From an uncultured Methanoregulaceae archaeon (lineage in GTDB: Archaea > Halobacteriota > Methanomicrobia > Methanomicrobiales > Methanospirillaceae), in the NCBI GenBank assembly GCA_963815395.1, contig CAWFHC010000002.1:70432-134431 (forward strand): 64,000 nt of DNA, written 5' to 3'. The translations under genes and the position numbers were made by a program. Below are positions 1 to 10,000 of the stretch, in pieces (within the stretch, counting starts at the first letter, position 1; each line of letters opens with the position of its first letter). The notes under the pieces are model-generated. The model saw nothing but the letters and a program-made list of their open reading frames with translations, ran no database searches and was not told where the DNA came from.

Positions 1-28
1 ATTTTTTTTGCAGCAGTCCTCTTTCCTT

Positions 29-811
29 TTACCCTGCATTCAGGGATTCGGACCCGGTTTCAATTGCAGCTGCGCAACAGTGATCGGGTCCGTTCATGAA
101 CTGCCAGACAAAAAATGGTGGAAGTGACGTCCGGAATTTCAGTGAGCCACACGGGGATGAATGCTCCTGAATAAGATCGGATGTATCGGTATCTTTCATC
201 CCTGAAAGAGTTTCACCGGTTGTCTTGAGAATTGCTTCTTTTAACGCCCATATCCTGAAAAAAGCCTGGTATTTCCGGGCAGGTTCAATTCTCTGCATGA
301 ACGCTTTTTCAGCAGGTGTCAGAATATATTCTGCAATATCATGGTAGTGATACGAGGGATCCATTCTGACTACATCAACACCAATCCGCTGCGTCCGGGT
401 GATTCCGATGATGACCATTTCGCTGGTATGGGACAGATTAAAAGACACACCTGCATGACCCTCGTGAGGAACCAGTTCGGGCTTACCATTCACTCCGGTT
501 GAAAACGATACCTCCTGTGGGTCGCGATGGGTATAGTTACCCAGAATAATTCTCAATAACCCATGCCGGAGGACATACTTCCGGCTATCGGCATCGTTCC
601 TGAATAAAGACGCTGCATATCGCTCTTCCCCGCTGGTGATGCCCGACAGGACTTTGCGGTGAAGGTCAAGGTTTCGGTAAAAGGCTGACCAGACGTGGAC
701 CCTGTTTTTTTGTAAACAAGGGGGAAATTCTGCTGTTTGCAGCGCACCTTCCCCCCCGAGACCAAATACACTATACGGCAGGCAATCCTGTAAAACCTTA
801 TCCATGAGCAT
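29..811 (-). CDS. sfp: Sfp-type 4'-phosphopantetheinyl transferase
   Basis: Motifs NGKP, FNLSHT, IGVDVV and FFRIWALKEAILK. The start is uncertain (835/811/805) and overlaps the stop of the upstream NRPS-like gene. Confidence 0.92.
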   Translation of the reverse strand: MLMDKVLQDCLPYSVFGLGGEGALQTAEFPPCLQKNRVHVWSAFYRNLDLHRKVLSGITSGEERYAASLFRNDADSRKYVLRHGLLRIILGNYTHRDPQEVSFSTGVNGKPELVPHEGHAGVSFNLSHTSEMVIIGITRTQRIGVDVVRMDPSYHYHDIAEYILTPAEKAFMQRIEPARKYQAFFRIWALKEAILKTTGETLSGMKDTDTSDLIQEHSSPCGSLKFRTSLPPFFVWQFMNGPDHCCAAAIETGSESLNAG

Positions 812-3488
812 CTGCCATTTTGAGTGACTCTTCAATTTTTTTTGCCGTTATCTTACCCAGTGGCTCCCGGTAAAGGGTAATATGATCTCCGGGAATTTCG
901 ACGAGGATGGTTTTCCCTGTTATGCATGAGTTCCAGCCTCTTGCCGGATCACCGGGATAGAATTCAGAATCCGGCCCGGTAGAAAAAAGAGTGATGTCTC
1001 CGGAAAATATCCGGGGCCTGTAAATGCTGATTGCCCGGATCTGTGTTATTACCAGCATTTTATGCTTTTCCGGTAAGGTAGAGATCCAACCCCGCTGAAC
1101 ATCAGTTATATATTCGACATCCGATCCGGATGCAGGAAGAGCCGGGGAACCTTTTAACACGAGTAAAACCTGGGAAAAGCCTCTGACACTCCTGACAAAA
1201 AGTGAATAGAGCAGACTGTCAGGATCTTTTTGCAACCGGTTGTTCAAAATGGAGTAAAAATTATAGCCGGCAGTAATCAGTTTATTTGAACCCTGCCCCC
1301 GGGTCATATCGTAAAGTCTTTTTAAAGGTGCCGGTAAAGACATATCAATTATCCCCAGAAAAGTTACCGATTCCCCCCGGCTCTGGAGCTGGCAGGCAAG
1401 ATCAAACGCATAGATCGCCCCACCGGAAAATCCCAGCAGATGATAGGGCCCTTCTTTCTGGACCGTTTTTATGGCTTCAATATATTCCCGGGCAGCTTCT
1501 TCAACGGTGAGGACCGCCTTCTCCGCAGGTTCCAGTCCCCGTGCCCGGATACCGAAAACCGGCCGCTCGTGATCGAAAAACCGGGAAATATACTGATATT
1601 CCTGTATCCATCCGCCAAGCGGATGAAAACAAAATAACGGTGGCAGCGTGCCGTTTCCCCGGATCGGGACAATGAGCGGGTGATACCGTGAAATTTTTTC
1701 ATCTTTTCGGGCAATCTGAATCGCCTGTTGACGGATTGTCGGATACAGATAAATCATATCCGGCGGGAAAGTAACGTGAAACGCTCTCTGGATCTTGATA
1801 AGAAGTTCGATCGCTGTCAGCGAATTTCCCCCTCCACGGAAAAAATCGTCATCGGGAGACAGGGACTCAACATTCAGGATCTCACTCCAGATCTGCATGA
1901 TTTTTTCTTCAATTCGGGATACCTGCGGGGATATTCCAGGAACGGCTCCTTCATGAGTCTGTTCATCTTTGAATGTGCCGTTATGGTAACGTTCAGTGCC
2001 CGCATACCGAAGGAGTTTACCGGTGGGCCCTTTGGGGATTTCTGCTACAAAATAGATCCTCCGGGGGACCTTGAACTGGATAAGGCGGTCAAGAAGATAC
2101 CGCCGGAGATCGTGTTCTGTTACTGTTTCATCTGACAGTACTACCATGGCAGCAACATCCTCTCCCAGGACAGGATCATCAATCCGGAAGGCCATTACCT
2201 CCCGGACTCCGGGATATGACACAAGGACCGCATCGATCTCCTGGGGAGAGAACTTTTCCCCGCCCTTATTGATCAGTTCTTTTTTGCGACCGGTGAGGAA
2301 GAGATACCCTTCATTATCAAGATAACCGATATCACCGGTCCTGAAATAACCGTTGGTAAAAGCAGATACATTTTCATCCGCATCCTCATATCCGCTGAAA
2401 ACAACGTCTCCCCTGATGGCAACCTCACCGTTCTCGAAATTCCCGAGAATAGTGCCGTTCTCATCCATGATAACCAGGGACCCGACCATGGGAATCCCGG
2501 CTGAACCTTCCTTATGGGGCATATTGATAGTGATGACAGGCGATTCTGTCATCGCATAACTCTCAATCACCGGGACTCCGAACAGTCTTTCGAGTTCCTT
2601 CCGGGCATGTTCGGGCAGCGGTGAGGACGTCGACCTGATATACCTGAGTGAATGATCTTTCAGTTCATCAGCAGGGACTTTTTTGAGTTCATTCAGGATA
2701 CCTTTGTGATGTGCCGGTGCAGCACAATAAAAAGTCGGGCGGTATTTTTTAAGGAGGGGAAGAAAATCCGGGGAGATATAATCCCTGGCGCAGACAACCG
2801 TCCCTCCACCCAGCAGCGGGGCAAGCAGGGTGTGGGTGATCCCGAGAATATGAAAATGGGCTACGATGTGAAGGCTGATGTCCTTATCTGAAAGGTTCAA
2901 CCGTGAAAAATAGGAATATGCAGCTTTGCAGAACTGCTTCTGGGAAAGAGGAACGATCTTGGGGACAGATGTCGTACCTGAGGTCTGCATGACAATGACC
3001 GTATCATCAGGCCGGGCAAACAGGGCTTCTTCTTTTTTCTCCGGTATACCGGCGCCAATTTCAAAAATACCGGCCTTATCCGCTGAAGGAGTTATTTCGA
3101 TGACCGGAATATTGCGTGACAAAGCCACAGCCCTTGCTGCGGTCTCCTGGTTTTTTTGAACGATAATTGCCCTGACCCTCAGTCGGGAAAATATTCCCTG
3201 GAATTCGTCATCCTTGTACTGGGGATTCAGCGGCGTGTGAGTGAATCCTGCCATGATCCCGATACCCAGCACAGCTGTTTCAGGACCCCCGGGCATAATC
3301 ACCGCAATCCTGTCATTCCGGCCAAAACCCAATGAATTTAACGTTTCTATGACAAGAAGAACCTGTTTCCGGAGATCACGGTACGAGAGTGGTTGTTGAC
3401 CGGGAGATTCAATTGCAGGATGGTCAGGATCCTGATTTCCATTAAATATCAGCTCTTTGATGGTATGAGGTTCAGGTATCTCAATCAC
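798..3488 (-). CDS. NRPS-like enzyme, adenylation-thiolation(PCP)-thioesterase (A-T-TE), 896 aa
   Basis: A domain: TSGTTSVPK, ESYAMTE, YFRTGDIG, GRKKELINKGGEKFSP, PKGPTGKLLR. PCP: DDDFFRGGGNSL. TE: FCFHPLGG, GFSGG (GxSxG), C-terminal GDH. No condensation domain. Confidence 0.93.
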   Translation of the reverse strand: MIEIPEPHTIKELIFNGNQDPDHPAIESPGQQPLSYRDLRKQVLLVIETLNSLGFGRNDRIAVIMPGGPETAVLGIGIMAGFTHTPLNPQYKDDEFQGIFSRLRVRAIIVQKNQETAARAVALSRNIPVIEITPSADKAGIFEIGAGIPEKKEEALFARPDDTVIVMQTSGTTSVPKIVPLSQKQFCKAAYSYFSRLNLSDKDISLHIVAHFHILGITHTLLAPLLGGGTVVCARDYISPDFLPLLKKYRPTFYCAAPAHHKGILNELKKVPADELKDHSLRYIRSTSSPLPEHARKELERLFGVPVIESYAMTESPVITINMPHKEGSAGIPMVGSLVIMDENGTILGNFENGEVAIRGDVVFSGYEDADENVSAFTNGYFRTGDIGYLDNEGYLFLTGRKKELINKGGEKFSPQEIDAVLVSYPGVREVMAFRIDDPVLGEDVAAMVVLSDETVTEHDLRRYLLDRLIQFKVPRRIYFVAEIPKGPTGKLLRYAGTERYHNGTFKDEQTHEGAVPGISPQVSRIEEKIMQIWSEILNVESLSPDDDFFRGGGNSLTAIELLIKIQRAFHVTFPPDMIYLYPTIRQQAIQIARKDEKISRYHPLIVPIRGNGTLPPLFCFHPLGGWIQEYQYISRFFDHERPVFGIRARGLEPAEKAVLTVEEAAREYIEAIKTVQKEGPYHLLGFSGGAIYAFDLACQLQSRGESVTFLGIIDMSLPAPLKRLYDMTRGQGSNKLITAGYNFYSILNNRLQKDPDSLLYSLFVRSVRGFSQVLLVLKGSPALPASGSDVEYITDVQRGWISTLPEKHKMLVITQIRAISIYRPRIFSGDITLFSTGPDSEFYPGDPARGWNSCITGKTILVEIPGDHITLYREPLGKITAKKIEESLKMADAHG

Positions 3489-3682
3489 TTAGGAAAAAAA
3501 AGGGTTGTATGAGAATATTAAATGTATCCAATCCGTGTCCGTTCTCTGGTAAAAGTCAATAAATCTGCGAATAATTATGGTTTAAAAAAAATGAACCTGT
3601 TGATTCTCTCCATCATATCGGTATTTTACCTTGTGACGTCTGATGAACCCGGGCAATATCCCCACGCAAAAGAGCACTCGCA

Positions 3683-4282
3683 TCATTCCCGCCGCTCACC
3701 ATGGAGCACACCCATGACCCCCAGCGCCGAATGAACGGGTTTGCGCTCAATCCCGAAATGATAATGTCGTCCCAGGTAATCGAGAAGTGCCGGGTCAGGG
3801 AGGCCGCCGATAGGGGGAATATGCAGTTCCATCTCAATCCGGCGGATACCTGCGAGATCTTCCGGCACGATCTGCCATTCAGCCCCTTCACAATCGCATT
3901 TCAGGAAATCACATCCTCCGGCCATCTCAATGATTTTATGAAGCGGGCAGGTAGGTGAAATGATTTCGCAATCATCCCAACTGATTTTTTTTGGATGCCC
4001 GTCACCAAGCGCTCCCTCAATAATACGGACGGGGACGTCGTTTAACCGGATATTCTGTCGGAGCAGGGAGACAGTCACCGGCTCAACCGCAACGACGTGG
4101 TGAGAGCAGCGGGACGCACGGATGCAGAATGCTCCTACGTTTGCACCGATATCAATGACACGGTCATCAGGACGCATGTCATCGAACTGGTATTCCGGCA
4201 CATCAAAGATCTGGCGGTACCCGGTGTCCTGAAGATGAAATCTCACCCCGTCAGATGAAGTAAAAAAAGATGATTTCTTCAT
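3683..4282 (-). CDS. FkbM family SAM-dependent methyltransferase
   Basis: VIDIGANVG, AVEP and FLKCDCEGAE motifs; likely start MKKSSFF at 4282. Confidence 0.88.
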   Translation of the reverse strand: MKKSSFFTSSDGVRFHLQDTGYRQIFDVPEYQFDDMRPDDRVIDIGANVGAFCIRASRCSHHVVAVEPVTVSLLRQNIRLNDVPVRIIEGALGDGHPKKISWDDCEIISPTCPLHKIIEMAGGCDFLKCDCEGAEWQIVPEDLAGIRRIEMELHIPPIGGLPDPALLDYLGRHYHFGIERKPVHSALGVMGVLHGERRE

Positions 4283-4522
4283 AGAGTCACTTCCCCGGGG
4301 CGGGTTGTGGAACCTCATAGCTGCCAGATGCCCGGTGCTGACGGAAGCCGGCGCCTTTACCCGTTGGGTATGCTCTGAGAACACATTCAACAGCGCGGCC
4401 CACTGTCATAGTGAAGAGAACAAAGATGGTTTGGTTCATTACTCTATGGGTTACTTGTAGGAACAACTTCAAAAGATCCCTGTCATGGTTATCAGAACAT
4501 CATGTGTGCATGCCCGGAAATT

Positions 4523-5317
4523 ATGGGTCTGAAAGATCAGGTGCGGGGGAGAATCCCTGACCATGCGCTTAGCCACCTTTCTGACCATTTCGATGTGATC
4601 GGCGATATTGCTGTTCTCTCGTTGTCTCCTTACCTCAGTGGGTATGAGAGGACCATCGCGCAAGCCATAATCTCGGGGCGCCGTTCCATCAAAACGGTAC
4701 TCAACAAAATTTCCCGGCTTGATGGGTGCAACCGTACAGCCTGCTATGAGGTTCTCGCGGGAAAAGATACCGTTACCCTCCATCATGAGTATGGGTATGC
4801 GTACCAGCTCGATATAGGCACTGTTTTTTTCAATCCCCGGCTTGCAAGCGAGCGCAAACGGGTCACTGACCAGGTAAAGTCCGGTGAACGAATCCTGATA
4901 CCCTTTTGCGGTGTGGGACCCTATGTGATTCCTGCAGCTGTCCGTGGGGGGCATATCATCGCTGTAGAGAAGAATCCGGAAGCATATCTCTGGTTTCTCA
5001 GGAATATACACCTGAACGGTGTTGAAGATCGTGTCACTCCCCTTCAGGGCGATGCCTTTGATATGTCACTTCTCCCGGTTTGTCCGTTCGATCGGGCGAT
5101 CATACCGACCCCCTATGGGATGGATGCGATCTTTGATGTTCTTGCATTGCGGGTAAAATCCGGGGGCATGATCCATTTTACCACGTTTAAAAACCGGGAC
5201 CAGGCAGATTCTCTTGCCGGGGAATTTGCCCTGAAGGGATTTGAAGTGGTTGTCCAGCGACGGTGTGGTAATGTAGCGCCGGGCGTGAGCCGCTGGGTAT
5301 TTGATCTGGTGAAGTGA
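4523..5317 (+). CDS. Trm5/Tyw2 (Met-10-like) class I SAM-dependent tRNA-modifying transferase
   Basis: FDVIGDIAV, FFNPRLASER, PFCGVGPY, VEKNPEA and N..LNGV match the Trm5/Taw2 family. Confidence 0.82.
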   Translation: MGLKDQVRGRIPDHALSHLSDHFDVIGDIAVLSLSPYLSGYERTIAQAIISGRRSIKTVLNKISRLDGCNRTACYEVLAGKDTVTLHHEYGYAYQLDIGTVFFNPRLASERKRVTDQVKSGERILIPFCGVGPYVIPAAVRGGHIIAVEKNPEAYLWFLRNIHLNGVEDRVTPLQGDAFDMSLLPVCPFDRAIIPTPYGMDAIFDVLALRVKSGGMIHFTTFKNRDQADSLAGEFALKGFEVVVQRRCGNVAPGVSRWVFDLVK

Positions 5318-5446
5318 CCGGTGTCTGATCAAAATCGGGCGGGAATGGCAAAAGAAATTTCTTTACGATAAAAACTGCTCTGGAGAAACAGACATGAACA
5401 GAGTGTTCGCACCCAAACCATGAAAATCGTAATGTATACGATAGAA

Positions 5447-5540
5447 CCCCGCCTCAGGGCCTCTCCGAGGCACGGCGGGCCAGGAATTTTTTATTTTTGG
5501 CTACTGATCCGCCGCGGGGGCGTCCCATCGGGGGCGGCGG
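5447..5540. repeat. Dispersed GC-rich two-hairpin repeat (family C), copy 1
   Basis: CCCGCC..GGCGGG hairpin, T-rich spacer, then CTGATCCGCCGCGGGGGCGTCCCATCG. Matches reverse complements at 20921-21017, 17728-17802 and partly 63473-63520. Confidence 0.7.
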
Positions 5541-5607
5541 TGTCCATCATAAAAGAAAAATACAGATGGTATTCCTTCATCATGCCTGAATTTTTTGATT
5601 TTCATGG

Positions 5608-5870
5608 GAAATCATGCTCTTTTAGAAAACTAAAAGAGGGGAACCGGTATCGGATAGCGATGGGGCCACGGGCGCTCACCGCCTCGTCGGGGTTCGCCCC
5701 GTGAAGCTGGCTGTGGATCGTACTTCGGCAGTGAAGAGAAAAATCCAACTGTCATGGGGTCAATGAGGGGCTTACCCCCTCATGCTGCCTCCCCCTTTAG
5801 GGGAGAGAGGGGGTCACCCTCGCAATTTCCATGCCAGCTCAAAAAACTAAAAAGGGATTTCTACAGAGCC
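5608..5870 (-). mobile_element. MITE family A, copy 1 (one end degraded)
   Basis: Reverse-complement homolog of 29520-29793. The right end GATTTCTACAGAGCC is an intact TIR; only GAAATC survives at the left end. Confidence 0.8.
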
Positions 5871-6479
5871 ATAAAAACCTATTGTTTTTTACGGGCATCG
5901 CCTCTTTTCATGCAGGGAGAACAAAAAAAAAGAAAATGAAACGAACACAAAAAAAATGCTCTGGAAGAAATATTATTCAGAGGAAACCGTTGCCTGACCC
6001 AGGGATAGTATCATCTCAAGACAAGAATCTATCTTGTTGAGTTCGCTGCGCCATCTGAGGAATTGCTGACAGTTACCATAGATGATACCGCCAACACATT
6101 CTTTATCACAGGTATCACAGGGTTTCGCTGTCATTAATCCCCATTATTCCTTTTATTGTTTTATATTCACGTGATCCATCGGGTTATATCATATAACCAG
6201 ATGATTAGATAAAAGATCCCGGTACAGTACGGGCATTTACCGGCTATAAAGTTTGTCTCCGGGTATCTTCCTTCAGACCGGGGAACCGTATCCCGGTTAA
6301 CCTGATTGTTTTTCGGAGACGGTCATTACCCTGCTTTACCTGCAAACCTATTTTGTATACAAAATAATAATATAGATTTAAGGACTCGCGTGGAATTTTT
6401 CCACTCGCAAAAATAACTTTCATCCTTTTATGATACGATGAACGCCAAAAAAGCAACGGAGAAACCGAACTGAGGTGAA

Positions 6480-8261
6480 ATGAAACATTTTTCCGATATG
6501 TCCGGGAAGTATCAGATCCTGTTACTGTTTGTGCTTTTTCTCGTCATAGTGAGTGCGGGATGTTCTGAACAGACTGATACCACCACCCTGAACCCGGCAC
6601 CTGTGACTCCCCCGCTCCAGGCAAAATTTGTTCAGGGAGATATCATCGCAAAGACAGCATCTTCTTCTGAATCCTTGTGGATTATCCTGAAATACGATTC
6701 GCAGACCGGAACATACGAACGGGCTGCCGTGCAAAAAAAACCTGACGGACGCTGGTTTCGGAATAATGAAAGATCAGAATTTGCTGATCGTACCCTGACA
6801 GAAAAGATCTACACGGTAAAAGCAGGTCACGTCAGTTCACTTTCCCTGGTACCGGTAGAAACGGCTCTACCGGTTCCCTTGACTACGCAGGGAAAGATTA
6901 TTCCGTCAACTTCCCGGACAGCTGCTGCCCGGTACCTGCCAAAACCGGCTCCGGCCTCACAATTCACTGCCAGTCCCCTGCAGGGTATTGCCCCTCTGAC
7001 TGTTCAGTTTTCAGACCAGTCGGTTTCTGCAGGCACCAGCGCATATGCGTGGGATGTCAACATGGATGGCAAACCAGAATATACGACGCAAAATCCACGG
7101 CATACGTATCCGGCACCCGGAAAATTCACCGTAAAACTAACGGTAACCAATGCATCGGGAAGTGACAGTGAAATTAAAACTGATTTTATTACTGTATTAA
7201 ATGCTGAACCCTCAGTATCGACAGGAACCGGAACCTTCGGGGCAGAATCGAATCCGACAGGAAACCCTCTTGGTGGCGGTACAGGCTATTTACGGATAAT
7301 CAGCGAAACAGACCCCCCGGTGAAGTATGTGGTATCGAGCAGAGAACAGTTGATAACTGCCCTGAAGAATGCAAAGTCCGGAGAAGTGGTATTCGTAAAA
7401 GGCAATGCAGCGATCGACATGACCGGAATGGCGAGTATAACAATTCCTTCTGGTGTGACGCTGGCCAGTGACCGCGGGTTGATCGGTTCTTCCGGAGGGC
7501 TGATAAAACGCACCAAAAACCTGAATGGCAACTACGAAGAGCCCATGTTTATTGCCGGTGGAGATAATGTCCGGGTAACCGGTTTACGGCTCCAGGGCGA
7601 GATGTATGCCCAGGATTACGGCAACAAGAAGGGAGAGACCTCCCAGCAGTATTATCTCGTGGGTATTTTTGCCGAGAACAGGAAGGGTTTTGAAGTGGAT
7701 AACTGCGAGCTGTATGGCTGGGCGTGGGCCACGATATCGCTGAGAGAAAACACCGATGCTCCGATTCCTTTCATTCACCACAATTACATCCACCACAACC
7801 AGGCCCGTGGTGAGGGGTATGGAATCTGCATGTATGGCGGAAAAGCTCTCATTGAAGCCAACCTCTTTGACAATAACCGTCATGACGTAACCGGTGCCGG
7901 AATATCCGGTGAGAGTTATGAAGCACGGTATAACCATGTCCTTGGTAATGGCAACCCAATCGGCGCTTCCCATTTTGATGTTCATCAGGATGAGGAGACC
8001 GGGACAGGATATGCAGGGAACGTTTACAAGATTCACCATAACACAGTCGAACCATCTGTTCCCATGGCTGTCGGAATCTGCGCCATTCCCCAGACAGGTG
8101 TGTATGTCGATCACAATATCTTCAAAGGTTCTATTACCGATTCTGAGGGCGGGGTGCCCATATTCCAGGCCGGAGGCAAAGGTAAGATGTTCGTGACGGA
8201 CAATTACTGGAAAGATGAACTCTATGCCGGTGATGAGATAGTGTGGTATCTCGATCAATAG
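6480..8261 (+). CDS. Surface lipoprotein with PKD domain and right-handed parallel beta-helix (pectin-lyase-like) domain
   Basis: Hydrophobic signal ending VSAGC. PKD signature FTASP..G.APLTVQFSD..YAWD..NP.HTY..PG.FTVKLTVTN. Asn/His-rich repeats IHHNYIHHN, IEANLF, IHHNT. Confidence 0.8.
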   Translation: MKHFSDMSGKYQILLLFVLFLVIVSAGCSEQTDTTTLNPAPVTPPLQAKFVQGDIIAKTASSSESLWIILKYDSQTGTYERAAVQKKPDGRWFRNNERSEFADRTLTEKIYTVKAGHVSSLSLVPVETALPVPLTTQGKIIPSTSRTAAARYLPKPAPASQFTASPLQGIAPLTVQFSDQSVSAGTSAYAWDVNMDGKPEYTTQNPRHTYPAPGKFTVKLTVTNASGSDSEIKTDFITVLNAEPSVSTGTGTFGAESNPTGNPLGGGTGYLRIISETDPPVKYVVSSREQLITALKNAKSGEVVFVKGNAAIDMTGMASITIPSGVTLASDRGLIGSSGGLIKRTKNLNGNYEEPMFIAGGDNVRVTGLRLQGEMYAQDYGNKKGETSQQYYLVGIFAENRKGFEVDNCELYGWAWATISLRENTDAPIPFIHHNYIHHNQARGEGYGICMYGGKALIEANLFDNNRHDVTGAGISGESYEARYNHVLGNGNPIGASHFDVHQDEETGTGYAGNVYKIHHNTVEPSVPMAVGICAIPQTGVYVDHNIFKGSITDSEGGVPIFQAGGKGKMFVTDNYWKDELYAGDEIVWYLDQ

Positions 8262-8619
8262 TCACCATCAGCGGGAAAGTACCCTCAGACGAACTCCACC
8301 GTCTGCTAAGAATCCGGGCCGGCCTCCTTTCAGACGGAGGAGATGGGGCAGGTTTACCCTTTTTCCAACTCCTGAAGGAAAGGGATGTTTTCAGGAATAA
8401 TCAGGCCAGCCTGAATAAAGGCTTCACAGGTATTCATTGCCTTCTTTTTGATTTCCGGCTGACTGATGAAAACAACCAGCATTTTTTTATCATTCAGCTG
8501 GCCTGAAAAATCACAAAATCGGCGGTAATTTTCAATTCAGATCTTTATTATTTCTTTTTTAATTTTAATTCCTTCACTTCAGGAAAAAAATTTTAACGGG
8601 AGGTAAAATTGAACATGTT

Positions 8620-9210
8620 TCATACCGGGAAAATCCGGCTTCCATACACTTCGTTGATGACCTGCCCCATACCAATGTAGAGTGCAAGACCCCCCGCGAC
8701 GAGGCCAACGAGCCCCCCGATATTCAGGATCAGGGTATTGCCGGTGAGCTGGGCTGTAACAAGGAGCAATACCAGGATTACAACGGCCATTAACGTAATC
8801 TGCAGTATCCGGTGCATTTTTAATGTACAGATAAAAAGCCCGACTGCAAAAATTCCCCATACGCTTAAAAAAGCTGCCAGTTCTACCGGTTGGGGCGCTT
8901 TTGCCAGAGTGAGAGCCGGGAGGAGCAGCAATGTGGCAAAGGAGATCCAGAAGAAACCGAAGCTCCCAAAGGTGATCATGCCAAACGTATTGTTCTTCTT
9001 CCATTCCATGATACCAACGATAACCTGGGCAATTCCCCCATAAAAAATTGCCATCGCAAGGATGGGACTTCCAAGAGCAGTAAGTCCCGCATTGTGGAGG
9101 CTCAGTAATATCGTTGTCATACCGAATGCGCACAGGCCCAGAGGTGCAGGGTTTGCTGTGTTATCGTTCAGGAAAAGGTTATTCCGGTTCTTTTCTTCAA
9201 TGATTTCCAT
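8620..9210 (-). CDS. satP: GPR1/FUN34/YaaH (SatP) acetate uptake transporter
   Basis: Signature ANPAPLGLCAFGMTT, FYGG.AQ and NTFG; about six TM helices. Confidence 0.92.
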   Translation of the reverse strand: MEIIEEKNRNNLFLNDNTANPAPLGLCAFGMTTILLSLHNAGLTALGSPILAMAIFYGGIAQVIVGIMEWKKNNTFGMITFGSFGFFWISFATLLLLPALTLAKAPQPVELAAFLSVWGIFAVGLFICTLKMHRILQITLMAVVILVLLLVTAQLTGNTLILNIGGLVGLVAGGLALYIGMGQVINEVYGSRIFPV

Positions 9211-9495
9211 GGTATCCCCGAGTAAGATTTAAGAACTGGTGCAGAAAAACACCCTCATATCGCGAGAAACGTGTTTAATCGCACCAACCCGTTAAGGTTG
9301 TGGTGCACAATATTAAACAATTTCCATCAGGTGCGGGGATCGTTCATACTCATGCACCGCAGTTACCAGGCAGTAAAACCTCCCTTGACCTGCCGGGATC
9401 TCAAAAATAATCTGCGTGAAGAACCAGATTCTCTTCGTTAAAAATTTCTTCGGGATCACCAGAAAAGAGATCCGTGATTCAAAATATCCGTTGCT

Positions 9496-9720
9496 CTAAT
9501 CCTCAAAGAGTGGCTGGTCTTCACTGTTTTTTTCATAAAAGAACATTTTATCTATCGGGACTTTGAACAACCCGGAAATCCGGAATGCGAGTTCAAGTGA
9601 AGGATCATATTTTTCTTTTTCAATTGCAAGGATCGTCTGCCGTGTTACCCCGAGCTGGTCGGCAAGTGCTTCCTGAGTAAGGTTACGCAATGCCCGGTAA
9701 ACTTTAATCCTGTTTTTCAT
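9496..9720 (-). CDS. XRE-family helix-turn-helix transcriptional regulator
   Basis: MKNRIK..R....LTQE.LA..LGVTRQTI.AIEK.KYDPSLELAF. Confidence 0.93.
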   Translation of the reverse strand: MKNRIKVYRALRNLTQEALADQLGVTRQTILAIEKEKYDPSLELAFRISGLFKVPIDKMFFYEKNSEDQPLFED

Positions 9721-10000
9721 TTCCTGTATAATCCGGTTTTTATTTCATTAATTCGGGTGGAATGACCCGTAGCATGTAAATTCAGAGGGAATGGCGGGTG
9801 ATATTGTTGCCGGCATACTACCCTTATTCCGGGGGATGCAAGACGGTTGAGCAGGATCAGACAAATGACCGCAAAGGGTGAGGAAAGAATTTTTATGAGC
9901 AGAGATTTCTCCGTCTGCATGGTTCATAGCCCCTTCCTCCAGCGCTGCACACAGGAAGAGATACGATGACGCAATTTCTGCATGTGAATATCCTTTGCGA

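Noticed and set aside
4285-4440. Known riboswitch or ribozyme (TPP, cobalamin, fluoride, hammerhead)
   Set aside because: Consensus cores could not be matched by eye; kept only as an unassigned structured region or small-ORF candidate.
5420-6040. Short ORFs 5420-5704, 5754-5939 and 5831-6040 (also 29558-29809 and 20949-21269)
   Set aside because: They overlie palindromic repeats or MITEs, have no recognisable domains and are not transposases.
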